Positions 8,174-16,671 of a stretch of DNA of 32,000 bases are shown here, piece after piece; within the stretch, counting starts at the first letter, position 1; every line of letters begins with the position of its first letter. Both the position numbers and the translations under genes were made by a program. The stretch comes from Candidatus Arthromitus sp. SFB-rat-Yit (GTDB lineage Bacteria > Bacillota > Clostridia > Clostridiales > Clostridiaceae): positions 930,001-962,000 of the forward strand of contig NC_016012.1 of the NCBI RefSeq assembly GCF_000283555.1. The letters are read 5' to 3'. The notes beneath the pieces were generated by a model, which saw only the letters and a program-made list of their open reading frames with translations, was not told the origin of the DNA and made no database searches.

Positions 8174-9385
8174 CTAAACACCTATTATTAATTTCCCTGC
8201 AGATGCAATTATAGAAATCATTACAAAAAATAAAATAGACACTACTATAACACATGACATTATAAGGATTAACGAATCACCCACAGAACTTATAGCAGAA
8301 ACTATCCTATTATCAGAAATAGGTTCAATAATAGCTGCTGTTAATCTGTATAATGTTGCCATTATAAAAATCTTAATTATTGGAACCAATACAATAGCTA
8401 TAACAATTATAAGTCCTAAAGAACTAACAGCATTTTTTAAAAGTATGGAATAACCTGCAACAGTTGCAATTGCATCAGAAATTGCCTTTCCTACTATTGG
8501 AACAAAATTATCTACTGCAAATTTAGCCGTTTTAGCTGTTACAATATCCAAAGACTCTGACGTAAATCCTCTTATAGTTAACATACTTATAAAAAATGTT
8601 ATAAAAATCCCTTGTGCCCAAAGTACAATTTGATTAGTATGCTTTACCAAATTTGATATCTTAAAATTATTTGATATATTGTTTGCAAATTGTAACATAA
8701 ATCCCAAAAGTATAATCGGAATCAAAATATTTAAATAAAATGTTGGTCCTATATTTGTAAGCAAAATTATTATTGGGTCGAGCGTCGCAATCTGACTAAT
8801 TCCTCCTGCAGATAAAAGTAACGTACTAAGCACTGGTATCAATACTAATAGAAAATTATTTAACTCTTTTATGGTTTCTTTAGCTATATCAATTCCTATA
8901 AGAAAAGTTTTAGAAAGTACTATTATAAGTAGGGCATAACACGCATAAAAAGCAACGTTTGACAACGTTTGGTTTGAGAAAGCAGTTTGAAGATTTTGTA
9001 TAAGTGAACAAATGACGGCTATTATTATTACAGTCGAAACTCCTTTCAAAACTAGAATAACTTCTTTTACAACGAATGACATGATGTTCCTAAATATAGT
9101 TTTACCAATACTCATTTTCTCATTTCCATGACTCATAAGTGATTTTACATATTCCCTTGGATCTAAATCTTTCAATATTTCAATATCATCTTTCATATTA
9201 GTTATGTAATTATACAAGCTTGATATTTCTTTTTCATTTTCTTTAATTATTCGCTGTATATCGTTATCACTAAATACATTTTCAGTATTACTATTACTAA
9301 CATTAACGCTTGCACTTGTACTTAAATTCGGTAAAAACAAAGTTAATAAAAATATTAACAAGAATATCTTCTTTATCATAAACAA
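8174..9385 (-). CDS. spoIIIAE: Stage III sporulation protein AE
   Basis: 403 aa with a signal peptide followed by a polytopic membrane domain. Size and operon position are typical of SpoIIIAE. Confidence 0.85.
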   Translation of the reverse strand: MFMIKKIFLLIFLLTLFLPNLSTSASVNVSNSNTENVFSDNDIQRIIKENEKEISSLYNYITNMKDDIEILKDLDPREYVKSLMSHGNEKMSIGKTIFRNIMSFVVKEVILVLKGVSTVIIIAVICSLIQNLQTAFSNQTLSNVAFYACYALLIIVLSKTFLIGIDIAKETIKELNNFLLVLIPVLSTLLLSAGGISQIATLDPIIILLTNIGPTFYLNILIPIILLGFMLQFANNISNNFKISNLVKHTNQIVLWAQGIFITFFISMLTIRGFTSESLDIVTAKTAKFAVDNFVPIVGKAISDAIATVAGYSILLKNAVSSLGLIIVIAIVLVPIIKIFIMATLYRLTAAIIEPISDNRIVSAISSVGDSLILIMSCVIVVSILFFVMISIIASAGKLIIGV

Positions 9386-9389
9386 TTCC

Positions 9390-9773
9390 CTACATGATAT
9401 TTAATATTGATTGCAGGACAGCCATTAATATAGGAACTGCCAAAAATAATATTAAAACTTTTCCACCGAATTCAACCTTTGATGCAATATTATTAGATCC
9501 TGCATCTTTACATATTTCACTACAAAAAGATGCTATGTAACTTATTGCCAATATTTTTAAAACAATATTTAAATAAACCGTATTTATATTTGCTTTTAAC
9601 GCCATCTCCTGAATGAATAATATAATCGCATTAAATTTTCCAAATATAAATATAAAAATAGAAACACCAACAAATAAAGAAATTATAACAGCCAAATCTT
9701 TCCTACTTTGTTGAACAATTATTATAAAAAATAATGCTATTAACGCAAAAAATGCTATTTTTATAATTTCCAT
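9390..9773 (-). CDS. spoIIIAD: Stage III sporulation protein AD
   Basis: 127 aa, four-TM protein. Operon position between AC and AE. Confidence 0.85.
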   Translation of the reverse strand: MEIIKIAFFALIALFFIIIVQQSRKDLAVIISLFVGVSIFIFIFGKFNAIILFIQEMALKANINTVYLNIVLKILAISYIASFCSEICKDAGSNNIASKVEFGGKVLILFLAVPILMAVLQSILNIM

Positions 9774-9781
9774 TCGATCAC

Positions 9782-9988
9782 CTATAATTGAAACATAGTC
9801 TTAATCGTATTAAATAAATCACCTATGAGTTGTATAACCATAAATAAAATTAAAACTATCCCCAAAATATTAGATAATGTCGCATACTCTTCCCTACCAA
9901 TACTTTTTAAAACCTTATCAAGAATTGCAACAAGAATTCCAACCCCACCAATTTTAAATATCATAGAAAAATCTAACATTTTATACAC
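9782..9988 (-). CDS. spoIIIAC: Stage III sporulation protein AC
   Basis: 68 aa, two-TM protein. IFKIGGVGILVAILDKVLKSIGREEYATL is typical of SpoIIIAC. Confidence 0.88.
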   Translation of the reverse strand: MYKMLDFSMIFKIGGVGILVAILDKVLKSIGREEYATLSNILGIVLILFMVIQLIGDLFNTIKTMFQL

Positions 9989-9994
9989 TCTCCC

Positions 9995-10516
9995 CTATAT
10001 GAGAAAAATAACAATAATAGCTCCTACTCCAATTCCTAAAGTATTATAAACTTTTTTGTTCTTATTCCTAAATTCTATTGCCTCTCTCAATTGATCCTCT
10101 AAACGTTTTGTAAAAACTTCAAATACATTTTCGAATGAATTAAGATTATTATTTTCAATGTTATTGAAAAAATCATATATCATATCTAGATCTGATTGAT
10201 TCAAATACAATCTATCCTTGTTATTTTCAAAGACTTTCTTAACACAATCAACTAAATTGTAAAAATCCCCATTTTCAATTTCATCTGCAACCATATGTAA
10301 ATTTGCACTAAGTACAGATTTTTGAGTGCAAGATTCTCTTATTGCATAAGCTATTGGAGTTTTCATGAACATTATATTATTTTTAAATGAGTGAAAAATT
10401 GTTTCAAATTCCTGAAGCTCTTTTACTCTAAATTTGTAACTATTCCCAATCATTATTCCAATCAAAGAAATACACACAAAAATTATTAATAAGGCTATAA
10501 ATTTCACACTTATCAT
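9995..10516 (-). CDS. spoIIIAB: Stage III sporulation protein AB
   Basis: 173 aa with an N-terminal TM helix, a helical domain and a C-terminal TM helix. Operon position fits. Confidence 0.85.
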   Translation of the reverse strand: MISVKFIALLIIFVCISLIGIMIGNSYKFRVKELQEFETIFHSFKNNIMFMKTPIAYAIRESCTQKSVLSANLHMVADEIENGDFYNLVDCVKKVFENNKDRLYLNQSDLDMIYDFFNNIENNNLNSFENVFEVFTKRLEDQLREAIEFRNKNKKVYNTLGIGVGAIIVIFLI

Positions 10517-10518
10517 AT

Positions 10519-11415
10519 TTAAATCCTCTTCACTCTTTCCAGAGTTCCAACTCCATTCTTATTACTGAGTATCAAAATACATCTAAATATTTTCTCCATA
10601 CTAGTATTCAGATTACTCATACGTAACTTATTATAAAAATCTTCCTCACTATTTCCATGTATTGTTGAAATTATAGACACACCCGAATTATACGCAACTA
10701 ATATACTCTCAAAATCCTCTCTAGTCCCAATCTCATCACAAACTATAACTTCAGGAGCCATAGATCTTATAGCAAGAATTATTCCCTTACTTTTTAAACA
10801 ATTATCATATATATCAGTTCTAATACCTATATCTAATTGAGGAACTCCCCTGAAACTCGCTGCTATTTCACTTCTTTCATCAATAATAGATACCTTAAAT
10901 CCTCTATTAAGAGGACTATCACCGTTTGAAATAATCTTGGACAAATCTCTTAATAGAGTTGTTTTACCACATTTGGGCGGAGAAATTATAAGAGTATTTA
11001 AAATCTCACCACCTTTGTATATATGGTTAATAAATTTTTTCCCAAATCCTGAAACTTCCCTACATATCCTAATGTTCAATGATGAAATATTTTTCAAATA
11101 CTTTACTTCTCTATTTTCAAAAACCCATTCACCAGTTATTCCAACTCTATGCCCACCTTGTATCGTTATAAATCCTTGCTTAACATCTTCCTCAAAAGCA
11201 AAAATAGAATACTTACTAATTTTATTTATAGTAGCTCTAATATCCTCAATGGTCATTTTTATATTCAACACAATTTCTCTATCTGAAAAAATTAATATAA
11301 CAGGCTTGTTTACCTTCAATCTAATTTCTTGCAAACCATCTAAAGAACCATTTTTTTCCAATTGTTGTCTTAAATTAACGGAAAATAAATTTATTAAATC
11401 ACCTAACTTACTAAT
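10519..11415 (-). CDS. spoIIIAA: Stage III sporulation protein AA (secretion-type ATPase); start re-assigned to ATT at 11415
   Basis: Walker A ISPPKCGKTTLLRDL, IIDERSEIAA and VIVCDEIG motifs. The track starts at TTG 11361, which has no Shine-Dalgarno. The frame stays open upstream (IVISKLGDLINLFSVNLRQQLEKNGSLDGLQEIRLKVNKPV) back to AAAGGAGGG (11430-11422). The only in-frame candidates after that site are ATA 11421, which directly abuts it (so too close), and ATT 11415 at a 6-nt spacer, so I prefer ATT. Confidence 0.85.
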   Translation of the reverse strand: MSKLGDLINLFSVNLRQQLEKNGSLDGLQEIRLKVNKPVILIFSDREIVLNIKMTIEDIRATINKISKYSIFAFEEDVKQGFITIQGGHRVGITGEWVFENREVKYLKNISSLNIRICREVSGFGKKFINHIYKGGEILNTLIISPPKCGKTTLLRDLSKIISNGDSPLNRGFKVSIIDERSEIAASFRGVPQLDIGIRTDIYDNCLKSKGIILAIRSMAPEVIVCDEIGTREDFESILVAYNSGVSIISTIHGNSEEDFYNKLRMSNLNTSMEKIFRCILILSNKNGVGTLERVKRI

Positions 11416-11475
11416 GACTATATCCCTCCTTTCTAATAAATTATATTTTTTTTATTCTTTTTTAGTACAAAAAAT

Positions 11476-11511
11476 AAAAAAGTTATTAGTAAAATCACTA
11501 ATAACTTTTTA
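11476..11511 (-). terminator. Rho-independent terminator after efp
   Basis: Stem AAGTTATTAGT (11480-11490) pairs with ACTAATAACTT (11497-11507) across a 6-nt loop. A T-run follows on the minus strand. Confidence 0.7.
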
Positions 11512-11524
11512 AAAATACTATTAA

Positions 11525-12082
11525 TTACGCTCTTTCCATGTACTCACCAGTTCTAGTATCTATTCTTACTTTATCGCCTTCATTTATAAATAAAGGAACT
11601 TGAATTACAGTGCCTGTTTCAAGTTTAGCTGGCTTTAAAGTATTTGTTGCTGTATTACCCTTAAATCCTGGATCAGTTTCAATAACTTCTAATTCTACAA
11701 AATTAGGAGCTTCAACAGAAAAAGCTTCTCCTCTATAAAATTTTATAACAGCATTCATATTTTCTTTTAAATATTTTATTGCATCTTCTACTTTTTCATA
11801 ATTCAAAGGGATTTGTTCATACGTTTCTAAATCCATAAAATAGTATAAAGATTCATCATTATACAAGTATTCCATTTCTTTTCTTTCAATAACAGCCTCT
11901 TGAAATTTCTCTGATGGGTTAAAAGTTCTCTCAACAACTCCTCCAGCTATTACATTTCTTAATTTAGTTCTAACAAACGCTGCTCCTTTTCCTGGTTTTA
12001 CATGTAAAAAATCTATAACTATGTACACTTGACCATCATGTTCAAAAGTGGTACCTTTTCTTAAATCTCCTGCTGTTAACAT
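11525..12082 (-). CDS. efp: Translation elongation factor P
   Basis: [44 protein letters not shown]... is canonical EF-P. The ATG at 12082 has GGAGGT 12 nt upstream. The 12-codon extension in the track (start 12118) is not EF-P-like. Confidence 0.95.
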   Translation of the reverse strand: MLTAGDLRKGTTFEHDGQVYIVIDFLHVKPGKGAAFVRTKLRNVIAGGVVERTFNPSEKFQEAVIERKEMEYLYNDESLYYFMDLETYEQIPLNYEKVEDAIKYLKENMNAVIKFYRGEAFSVEAPNFVELEVIETDPGFKGNTATNTLKPAKLETGTVIQVPLFINEGDKVRIDTRTGEYMERA

Positions 12083-12122
12083 AACAATAATTAAACCTCC
12101 ACATCTTTTATTTCGCACATTA

Positions 12123-12151
12123 ATTCTAACAAATTAAATTAAGGTATTCAA
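12123..12151 (-). promoter_or_regulatory. Candidate sigmaA promoter for efp (TTGAAT-N17-TAGAAT)
   Basis: On the minus strand, -35 TTGAAT (12151-12146), a 17-nt spacer, then -10 TAGAAT (12128-12123), in the 78-nt gap after the PilO-like gene. Confidence 0.4.
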
Positions 12152-12160
12152 TATATACGA

Positions 12161-12556
12161 CTACATTTCAGCTGATATATTAAAGCTAAATTCCAATTTA
12201 TTTTTCATAATATTGATCCTATTTATTCTTAAATGAGTAATATTATTTAAAAATTCTAAAAAACTATATGCATCATCGATGTACATATTTTGGTTTATAT
12301 CAAACCTAACCATATCATCTGTTAAATATTCAATATTATCTAAAATGATATTATTATTTAATAAGTCATTCTTAAAATTTAAAAATGCATTTTTTTTAGC
12401 CTGCTTAAATTCATCCTCATACGATCCAATACTATGTTGCATTAGCATAAATTTATCTACTTTAATTTTAGTTGATAGACTTATAAATATCATAATAAGT
12501 AAACAAAAAATTAAAATTCCTAATACAAATTTATATCTCTTAATTAACTTATTCAT
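12161..12556 (-). CDS. PilO-like pilus assembly protein (bitopic membrane protein)
   Basis: 131 aa with a short cytoplasmic N-terminus, one TM helix (FVLGILIFCLLIMIFISL) and a periplasmic-type domain. It is the last gene of the pilus operon after the PilM/PilN-like genes. The call comes from architecture and position; sequence similarity is weak. Confidence 0.4.
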   Translation of the reverse strand: MNKLIKRYKFVLGILIFCLLIMIFISLSTKIKVDKFMLMQHSIGSYEDEFKQAKKNAFLNFKNDLLNNNIILDNIEYLTDDMVRFDINQNMYIDDAYSFLEFLNNITHLRINRINIMKNKLEFSFNISAEM

Positions 12557-12558
12557 AT

Positions 12559-12993
12559 CTATACCCCTATGTCTATCTTATACAAATATAATCCATCATT
12601 TTCAGATACATATCCATATGACTTAATATCCAAATTGTGTTGTCTTAAATTATCAACTATACTATATATATATTTTTTATCTGCAATCTTCACATCAACA
12701 CTTATATGATTTGAAGTACAAACTATATTTTCTATAAATGGTTTTACATTATCAATTAATAGTAAAATAGGTTCAATATTATTTTGATACTCTTGACTTA
12801 TTTGATTTATAACACTAGATTGTCTTAAATTCATCAAATCATTGTAAATATTCCTATTTGTTAAAATATTTTTAGCTAATACGCCTATCAATATTAAAAT
12901 TATAAAAATATACGATATATACTTTCTATGCGTTCTTTTTAAAATCCTCTCTCTTTTTCCAAAACTTAGAAAATTTACTTCTAATGTAGTCAT
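12559..12993 (-). CDS. PilN-like pilus assembly protein
   Basis: 144 aa. The N-terminal EVNFLSFGKRE resembles the conserved PilN INLLP peptide. It is followed by a basic stretch and one TM helix (YISYIFIILILIGVL). Operon position fits. Confidence 0.5.
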   Translation of the reverse strand: MTTLEVNFLSFGKRERILKRTHRKYISYIFIILILIGVLAKNILTNRNIYNDLMNLRQSSVINQISQEYQNNIEPILLLIDNVKPFIENIVCTSNHISVDVKIADKKYIYSIVDNLRQHNLDIKSYGYVSENDGLYLYKIDIGV

Positions 12994-13705
12994 GTTCTCT
13001 TAATATTCCCTCCACATCATGATTTAAAAATGTGCATTTGAATTTTTCACTAAGTAATATACTATCTTGATCACAATTCAAGAAATATATATCATTATTA
13101 ATTGAAATTTTAAACTCTTCTTTAACTTCTTTAATATTATCAATTATATACATATCTAAATTGTTGAAAGTTTCTTTATTAATATAATTATTCAATAATA
13201 TCAAAGAATTTTTAAACATAATAATGTTATAATTCAAATCATCGATTTTATTTATTAGAATACCATTTTTAGTATTAAATTTATTTGATATATACTCAAT
13301 CATTACAAATTGCAAAGGTCTAACTACTAGATACGATTTATCTATATATTTTAAAATTTCTTGTATATCGTTTTTTATCTTCATAGCATATAACAATATA
13401 CGAACCTGTCCATTATTAATTTCTGAATCCAAAAGGAAATAATCATACAATATATCATCATCAAATCCATTAAAATAAAACTTTAATGAATTCAATATTC
13501 TATCCCCTATATAATTATCCAAAGGCATTATTAGAGATTTAATCAAAAAATCTCTAACCTCAAATATAATAATTGAATTTTTTATGTTGAATCTATTTAT
13601 ATCTTTAATATAAACATCTGATATATTTGATTTTTCATATTTATTTGTTATTTTTTTAAAATATATATCAAATTTATCCTTGTTATAATATATTAAATTC
13701 TTCAT
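12926..13705 (-). CDS. Degenerate PilM-like (actin-fold) pilus assembly protein
   Basis: 259 aa, soluble, directly upstream of the PilN-like gene. The central VRILLYAMKIKNDIQEILKYIDKSYLVVRPLQFVMIEYI fits the PilM pattern (...vllvAakke.v..y...l...gL....vd.e.fA). No DxG nucleotide-binding motifs are visible, and it is shorter than the typical ~350 aa. Confidence 0.4.
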   Translation of the reverse strand: MKNLIYYNKDKFDIYFKKITNKYEKSNISDVYIKDINRFNIKNSIIIFEVRDFLIKSLIMPLDNYIGDRILNSLKFYFNGFDDDILYDYFLLDSEINNGQVRILLYAMKIKNDIQEILKYIDKSYLVVRPLQFVMIEYISNKFNTKNGILINKIDDLNYNIIMFKNSLILLNNYINKETFNNLDMYIIDNIKEVKEEFKISINNDIYFLNCDQDSILLSEKFKCTFLNHDVEGILREHDYIRSKFSKFWKKREDFKKNA

Positions 13706-13720
13706 AATCCCTCCAAAATG

Positions 13721-14161
13721 TTAAACTCTAAAAATACGAGCAAGATCTAATTTAATATCTCTTCCATTTTCTTCAGCATAAAAATAGTAACCCTTTTTAG
13801 TTATCCTATCATAATAAAGTAAAATTTTATCTCCATTTGGATTAATACTATTTCCTAATTTAAAATTCAATATATATAAATCTCCTTTAAATAATTTAAT
13901 ATTATTATTTATTACGTAATTCAAAAACGTCGTATCATCTGCTATTAGAGATTCATCTATAGCACTATAATAATCGTCTTTGTACATTTTAAATTTAAAT
14001 AAAAAATCATTAATTGGATCTATTTTATCTATTTCAGAAATATTTTCGTAATCCAAATAAGCTGAAATATTTTTGCTCATATAATTTGAATTCATTATCA
14101 AACTGAAAATTAATGTTAATACCATTAAAAATGGTATATAAACTATCCCTCTCTTCTTCAA
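13721..14161 (-). CDS. Prepilin-like minor pilin / pseudopilin 4 (no Glu+5)
   Basis: TTG start. The N-terminus (M)KKRG then IVYIPFLMVLTLIFSLI is a basic leader ending in Gly followed by a hydrophobic helix (class III signal layout). Position +5 is Pro, as in ComGG/PilX-type minor pilins. Confidence 0.55.
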   Translation of the reverse strand: MKKRGIVYIPFLMVLTLIFSLIMNSNYMSKNISAYLDYENISEIDKIDPINDFLFKFKMYKDDYYSAIDESLIADDTTFLNYVINNNIKLFKGDLYILNFKLGNSINPNGDKILLYYDRITKKGYYFYAEENGRDIKLDLARIFRV

Positions 14162-14166
14162 AATAA

Positions 14167-14634
14167 TTATATATTATAAGACATAGATGAAATCGGTTTT
14201 ATTAATTCTATATCCCCCAATAAGATCTTAATAAAAACTAAATTCCCATTCTTATAAATTTTAAAATCATCCACATTTTTAAGTAAATTAGTTATATTTC
14301 TATCATCGTATTTTAAAGTTATTGTGCCATTTCCAAAAGTAATATCTCGTTTTTTTACATCACATCTTGTTGTATTTACAGGAATAATTTTCTTATAAGA
14401 TAGTTTGTTTTCACTATTCATTTTAAAATCAAACGCATATTCATTCAATTCACTATTTAAAAATGCCTCTAATTCACGAATTTTTAAAACATCTGTAGAT
14501 GTATTAATATTTGAAATAAGATATTTAACACTACTTATAATGTAATTATTAATAGATAATGCAATAACAATGAATATTGATAAGCTTATAATTGATTCTA
14601 AAAGTATATATCCCCTCTTTTTATGTCTTATAAT
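14167..14634 (-). CDS. Prepilin-like minor pilin / pseudopilin 3; start re-assigned to ATT 14634 (or ATA 14631)
   Basis: The track gives only 14167-14448 (first ATG). The same frame is open upstream and encodes IIRHKKRG then YILLESIISLSIFIVIALSI, a class III signal with Gly-1 and Glu+5. It follows GGAGGTGGA (14649-14641). No in-frame ATG, GTG or TTG exists between that site and the signal peptide. Confidence 0.6.
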   Translation of the reverse strand: MIRHKKRGYILLESIISLSIFIVIALSINNYIISSVKYLISNINTSTDVLKIRELEAFLNSELNEYAFDFKMNSENKLSYKKIIPVNTTRCDVKKRDITFGNGTITLKYDDRNITNLLKNVDDFKIYKNGNLVFIKILLGDIELIKPISSMSYNI

Positions 14635-14653
14635 ATCAAGTCCACCTCCAATA

Positions 14654-15049
14654 TCAAATTTTTAATTTATCTTCAAATATCTTTTGATCACCTTTAATGT
14701 ACTCTATATTGATATCATTCATATCTTCATTAAAATATAAATGAAAATATTCAAAATTATCGTACTTGTAATTTTCGAAATGTTGGTTTAATTCTTTATA
14801 TCCACCGATTTTTATATTATTTGCATTTATGTAAACATCTCCTTTAATATGAAGATATTGCTTATTATAAAATAATTCGTGTTTTACAATATCAACTTTA
14901 TTTGTAATATCATTTGTTAATAAAACAGATCGCATGGTTTTAAGATTTATATTTATCATTCTTGAAATTGAAATACATAGCGTAGTTACCAAAATTATCG
15001 AAAATAAACTTTTAAACAATATTGATCCTCGCTTTTTATATTTACGCAT
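14654..15049 (-). CDS. Prepilin-like minor pilin / pseudopilin 2 (Lys at +5)
   Basis: MRKYKKRG then SILFKSLFSIILVTTLCISI is a basic leader ending in Gly plus a hydrophobic helix. It overlaps the upstream gene by 8 nt. Confidence 0.55.
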   Translation of the reverse strand: MRKYKKRGSILFKSLFSIILVTTLCISISRMININLKTMRSVLLTNDITNKVDIVKHELFYNKQYLHIKGDVYINANNIKIGGYKELNQHFENYKYDNFEYFHLYFNEDMNDINIEYIKGDQKIFEDKLKI

Positions 15050-15476
15050 AATTCACTTTCCCTGTTATAGTTGAAATTGTAATTTTGTTCAGCTTATCGT
15101 GAAAATAATATGAGAATGTAGCTCCTCTAGTTATAGCTCCATTATCTTCTATAATTAATCTAGAATTATAAATTCCATTAAAATTTACCATCTTTATATA
15201 TTTTGGAAAATCAAATCTATCTACAATTTCATTTTGATTATTTGAAAGCAAAATCCTTTTCTCATAAAATTTTAATATATAAATGTTCGAAGTATTAATT
15301 GCAGAATATTTTCCCCTATTTACAAAATCTATAAATTCCAATTTAAATTTTGTATGAGTATAATTGTCATAAATTTTTTTGATCACAAATAAATTAAGAG
15401 TCAGAGCTCCGACTATAATCATCAATATAACCAATGAAGTTATATTTTCTAAAAGTAATATTCCACTTTTCCTCAT
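15042..15476 (-). CDS. Prepilin-like pilin / pseudopilin 1 (Gly-1, Glu+5)
   Basis: Using the ATG at 15476 (GGGGTGGA upstream, 1 nt after the pilC stop), the N-terminus is MRKSG then ILLLENITSLVILMIIVGAL, a canonical type IV prepilin cleavage/methylation layout. The track start at 15509 adds 11 residues inside pilC. Confidence 0.65.
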   Translation of the reverse strand: MRKSGILLLENITSLVILMIIVGALTLNLFVIKKIYDNYTHTKFKLEFIDFVNRGKYSAINTSNIYILKFYEKRILLSNNQNEIVDRFDFPKYIKMVNFNGIYNSRLIIEDNGAITRGATFSYYFHDKLNKITISTITGKVNYA

Positions 15477-15477
15477 A

Positions 15478-16671
15478 TCATCCACCCCATAAGGAATTAA
15501 AATTCTCATATGATATCAAAGGAATAATAAATATTGAAATAAATACCAAAACGATTATTCCACAAATTACTATAAAAATTGGCTCTATCAATTTTGAATA
15601 TCTTTCAAAACTTTCATAATGTCTTTTAGAATAGGTTGTCCAAATATTTTTTAATGCTAATGCTAAATTTGAACTTTTCTCACCAACGCTTATTATAGAG
15701 ATGACTTCTGAATCAAAGATCTTAGTATTTGTTAATGCCTCACAAAAATCAGATCCTTGATTAATCTCCCCATAAATATAATTTGCATATTTACTGCAAT
15801 CATCATTACCTAAACTACCTATTATCTTTAATGCTGTAGCTAGATCTATTCCACTATCTATTATGTAATATAACATCTGAATAAATTTAAGCTGACACTT
15901 CTTAAAATGAATTTTACTAATTATAGGGATCTTAAATATTATCTTGGCAAAACACACTCTATTCTTAATCAAAGTCATAAATAAAGTTATACTTCCTATC
16001 ATTAATGTACAAAATGTAAAATAGTTGTCTTTTATAAACAAACATACATCTATAAAAATTCTACTTAAATTTGGTAAATTAGAAATTTGTGATTGAAATG
16101 AATTGAAATAACTAGGTATAAAAACTAGAATACATAAATTAAACATAATTATTAAAAATGTAAATAATAAAATCGGATATGACATAGAAGATTTAATTTT
16201 ATTAGATATGTTGATCTTATCTTCATAATATTTATTCAAATTGTTAAGTACATCTGATAGTTTACCTGTTTCTTCACTAACTGATATCAATGATAAAAAT
16301 ATATTATCTAACTTATAATTCATCTTGCTCAAAGCATCATAAAATAAATTACCTTTTAATAACTTGCTGTAGAGAGAATCATAGAATTTATATTCTGATT
16401 TAAGTCTTGCGTTATTCTTTGAGTTATTACTAAAAATTTGAATAGCTTCTGTTAATGAAATTCCACTCTCTAAAAGAAAATATAAGTCCTCACAAAATCT
16501 CTTGTACCAAGTAATTTTCAATTTCTTCTTGAATACAAAAATTTTAGGGATTTTAAGCTTAAAATAAATTTTTAACTTGCATTTATATAAGAAATCTCTA
16601 AAATCACCTTCATAAAACTTAAATTTAAATTTTCTTTCCTCTTTAACCAAAACAAAATAATTCCCAATCAT
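15478..16671 (-). CDS. pilC: Type IV pilus / T2SS platform protein (GspF/PilC family)
   Basis: 397 aa with two T2SSF repeats (...LSLISVSEETGKLSDVLNNL... and ...ISIISVGEKSSNLALALKNI...) and three TM segments. ATGA overlap with pilB. Confidence 0.88.
   Translation of the reverse strand: MIGNYFVLVKEERKFKFKFYEGDFRDFLYKCKLKIYFKLKIPKIFVFKKKLKITWYKRFCEDLYFLLESGISLTEAIQIFSNNSKNNARLKSEYKFYDSLYSKLLKGNLFYDALSKMNYKLDNIFLSLISVSEETGKLSDVLNNLNKYYEDKINISNKIKSSMSYPILLFTFLIIMFNLCILVFIPSYFNSFQSQISNLPNLSRIFIDVCLFIKDNYFTFCTLMIGSITLFMTLIKNRVCFAKIIFKIPIISKIHFKKCQLKFIQMLYYIIDSGIDLATALKIIGSLGNDDCSKYANYIYGEINQGSDFCEALTNTKIFDSEVISIISVGEKSSNLALALKNIWTTYSKRHYESFERYSKLIEPIFIVICGIIVLVFISIFIIPLISYENFNSLWGG

Noticed and set aside
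6977-11415. Idea that SpoIIIAG/AH ring-building-motif proteins compensate for the missing FliF
   Set aside because: Pure speculation based on distant fold relatedness. The spoIIIA operon is complete, canonical and dedicated to the sporulation feeding tube.
11421-11475. SigmaE-type sporulation promoter upstream of spoIIIAA
   Set aside because: The spoIIIA operon is sigmaE-dependent in Bacillus, but I could not find a convincing kmATATT / CATACAnT pair. Only a generic TATAAT-like box is present.
10937-11512. 191-aa plus-strand ORF antisense to spoIIIAA
   Set aside because: It fully overlaps a well-supported conserved gene on the other strand. The translation is low-complexity (F/I/L/K/S-rich), typical of shadow ORFs in AT-rich DNA. 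No Shine-Dalgarno.
12083-12118. 12-codon N-terminal extension of efp in the ORF track ([12 protein letters not shown]...)
   Set aside because: EF-P family proteins start at the MLTAGD-type motif. GGAGGT precedes the ATG at 12082 and would lie inside the extension.
12279-12626. 115-aa plus-strand ORF antisense to the PilO/PilN-like genes
   Set aside because: Low-complexity shadow ORF. The minus-strand genes fit a tightly packed operon with appropriate TM and signal features.
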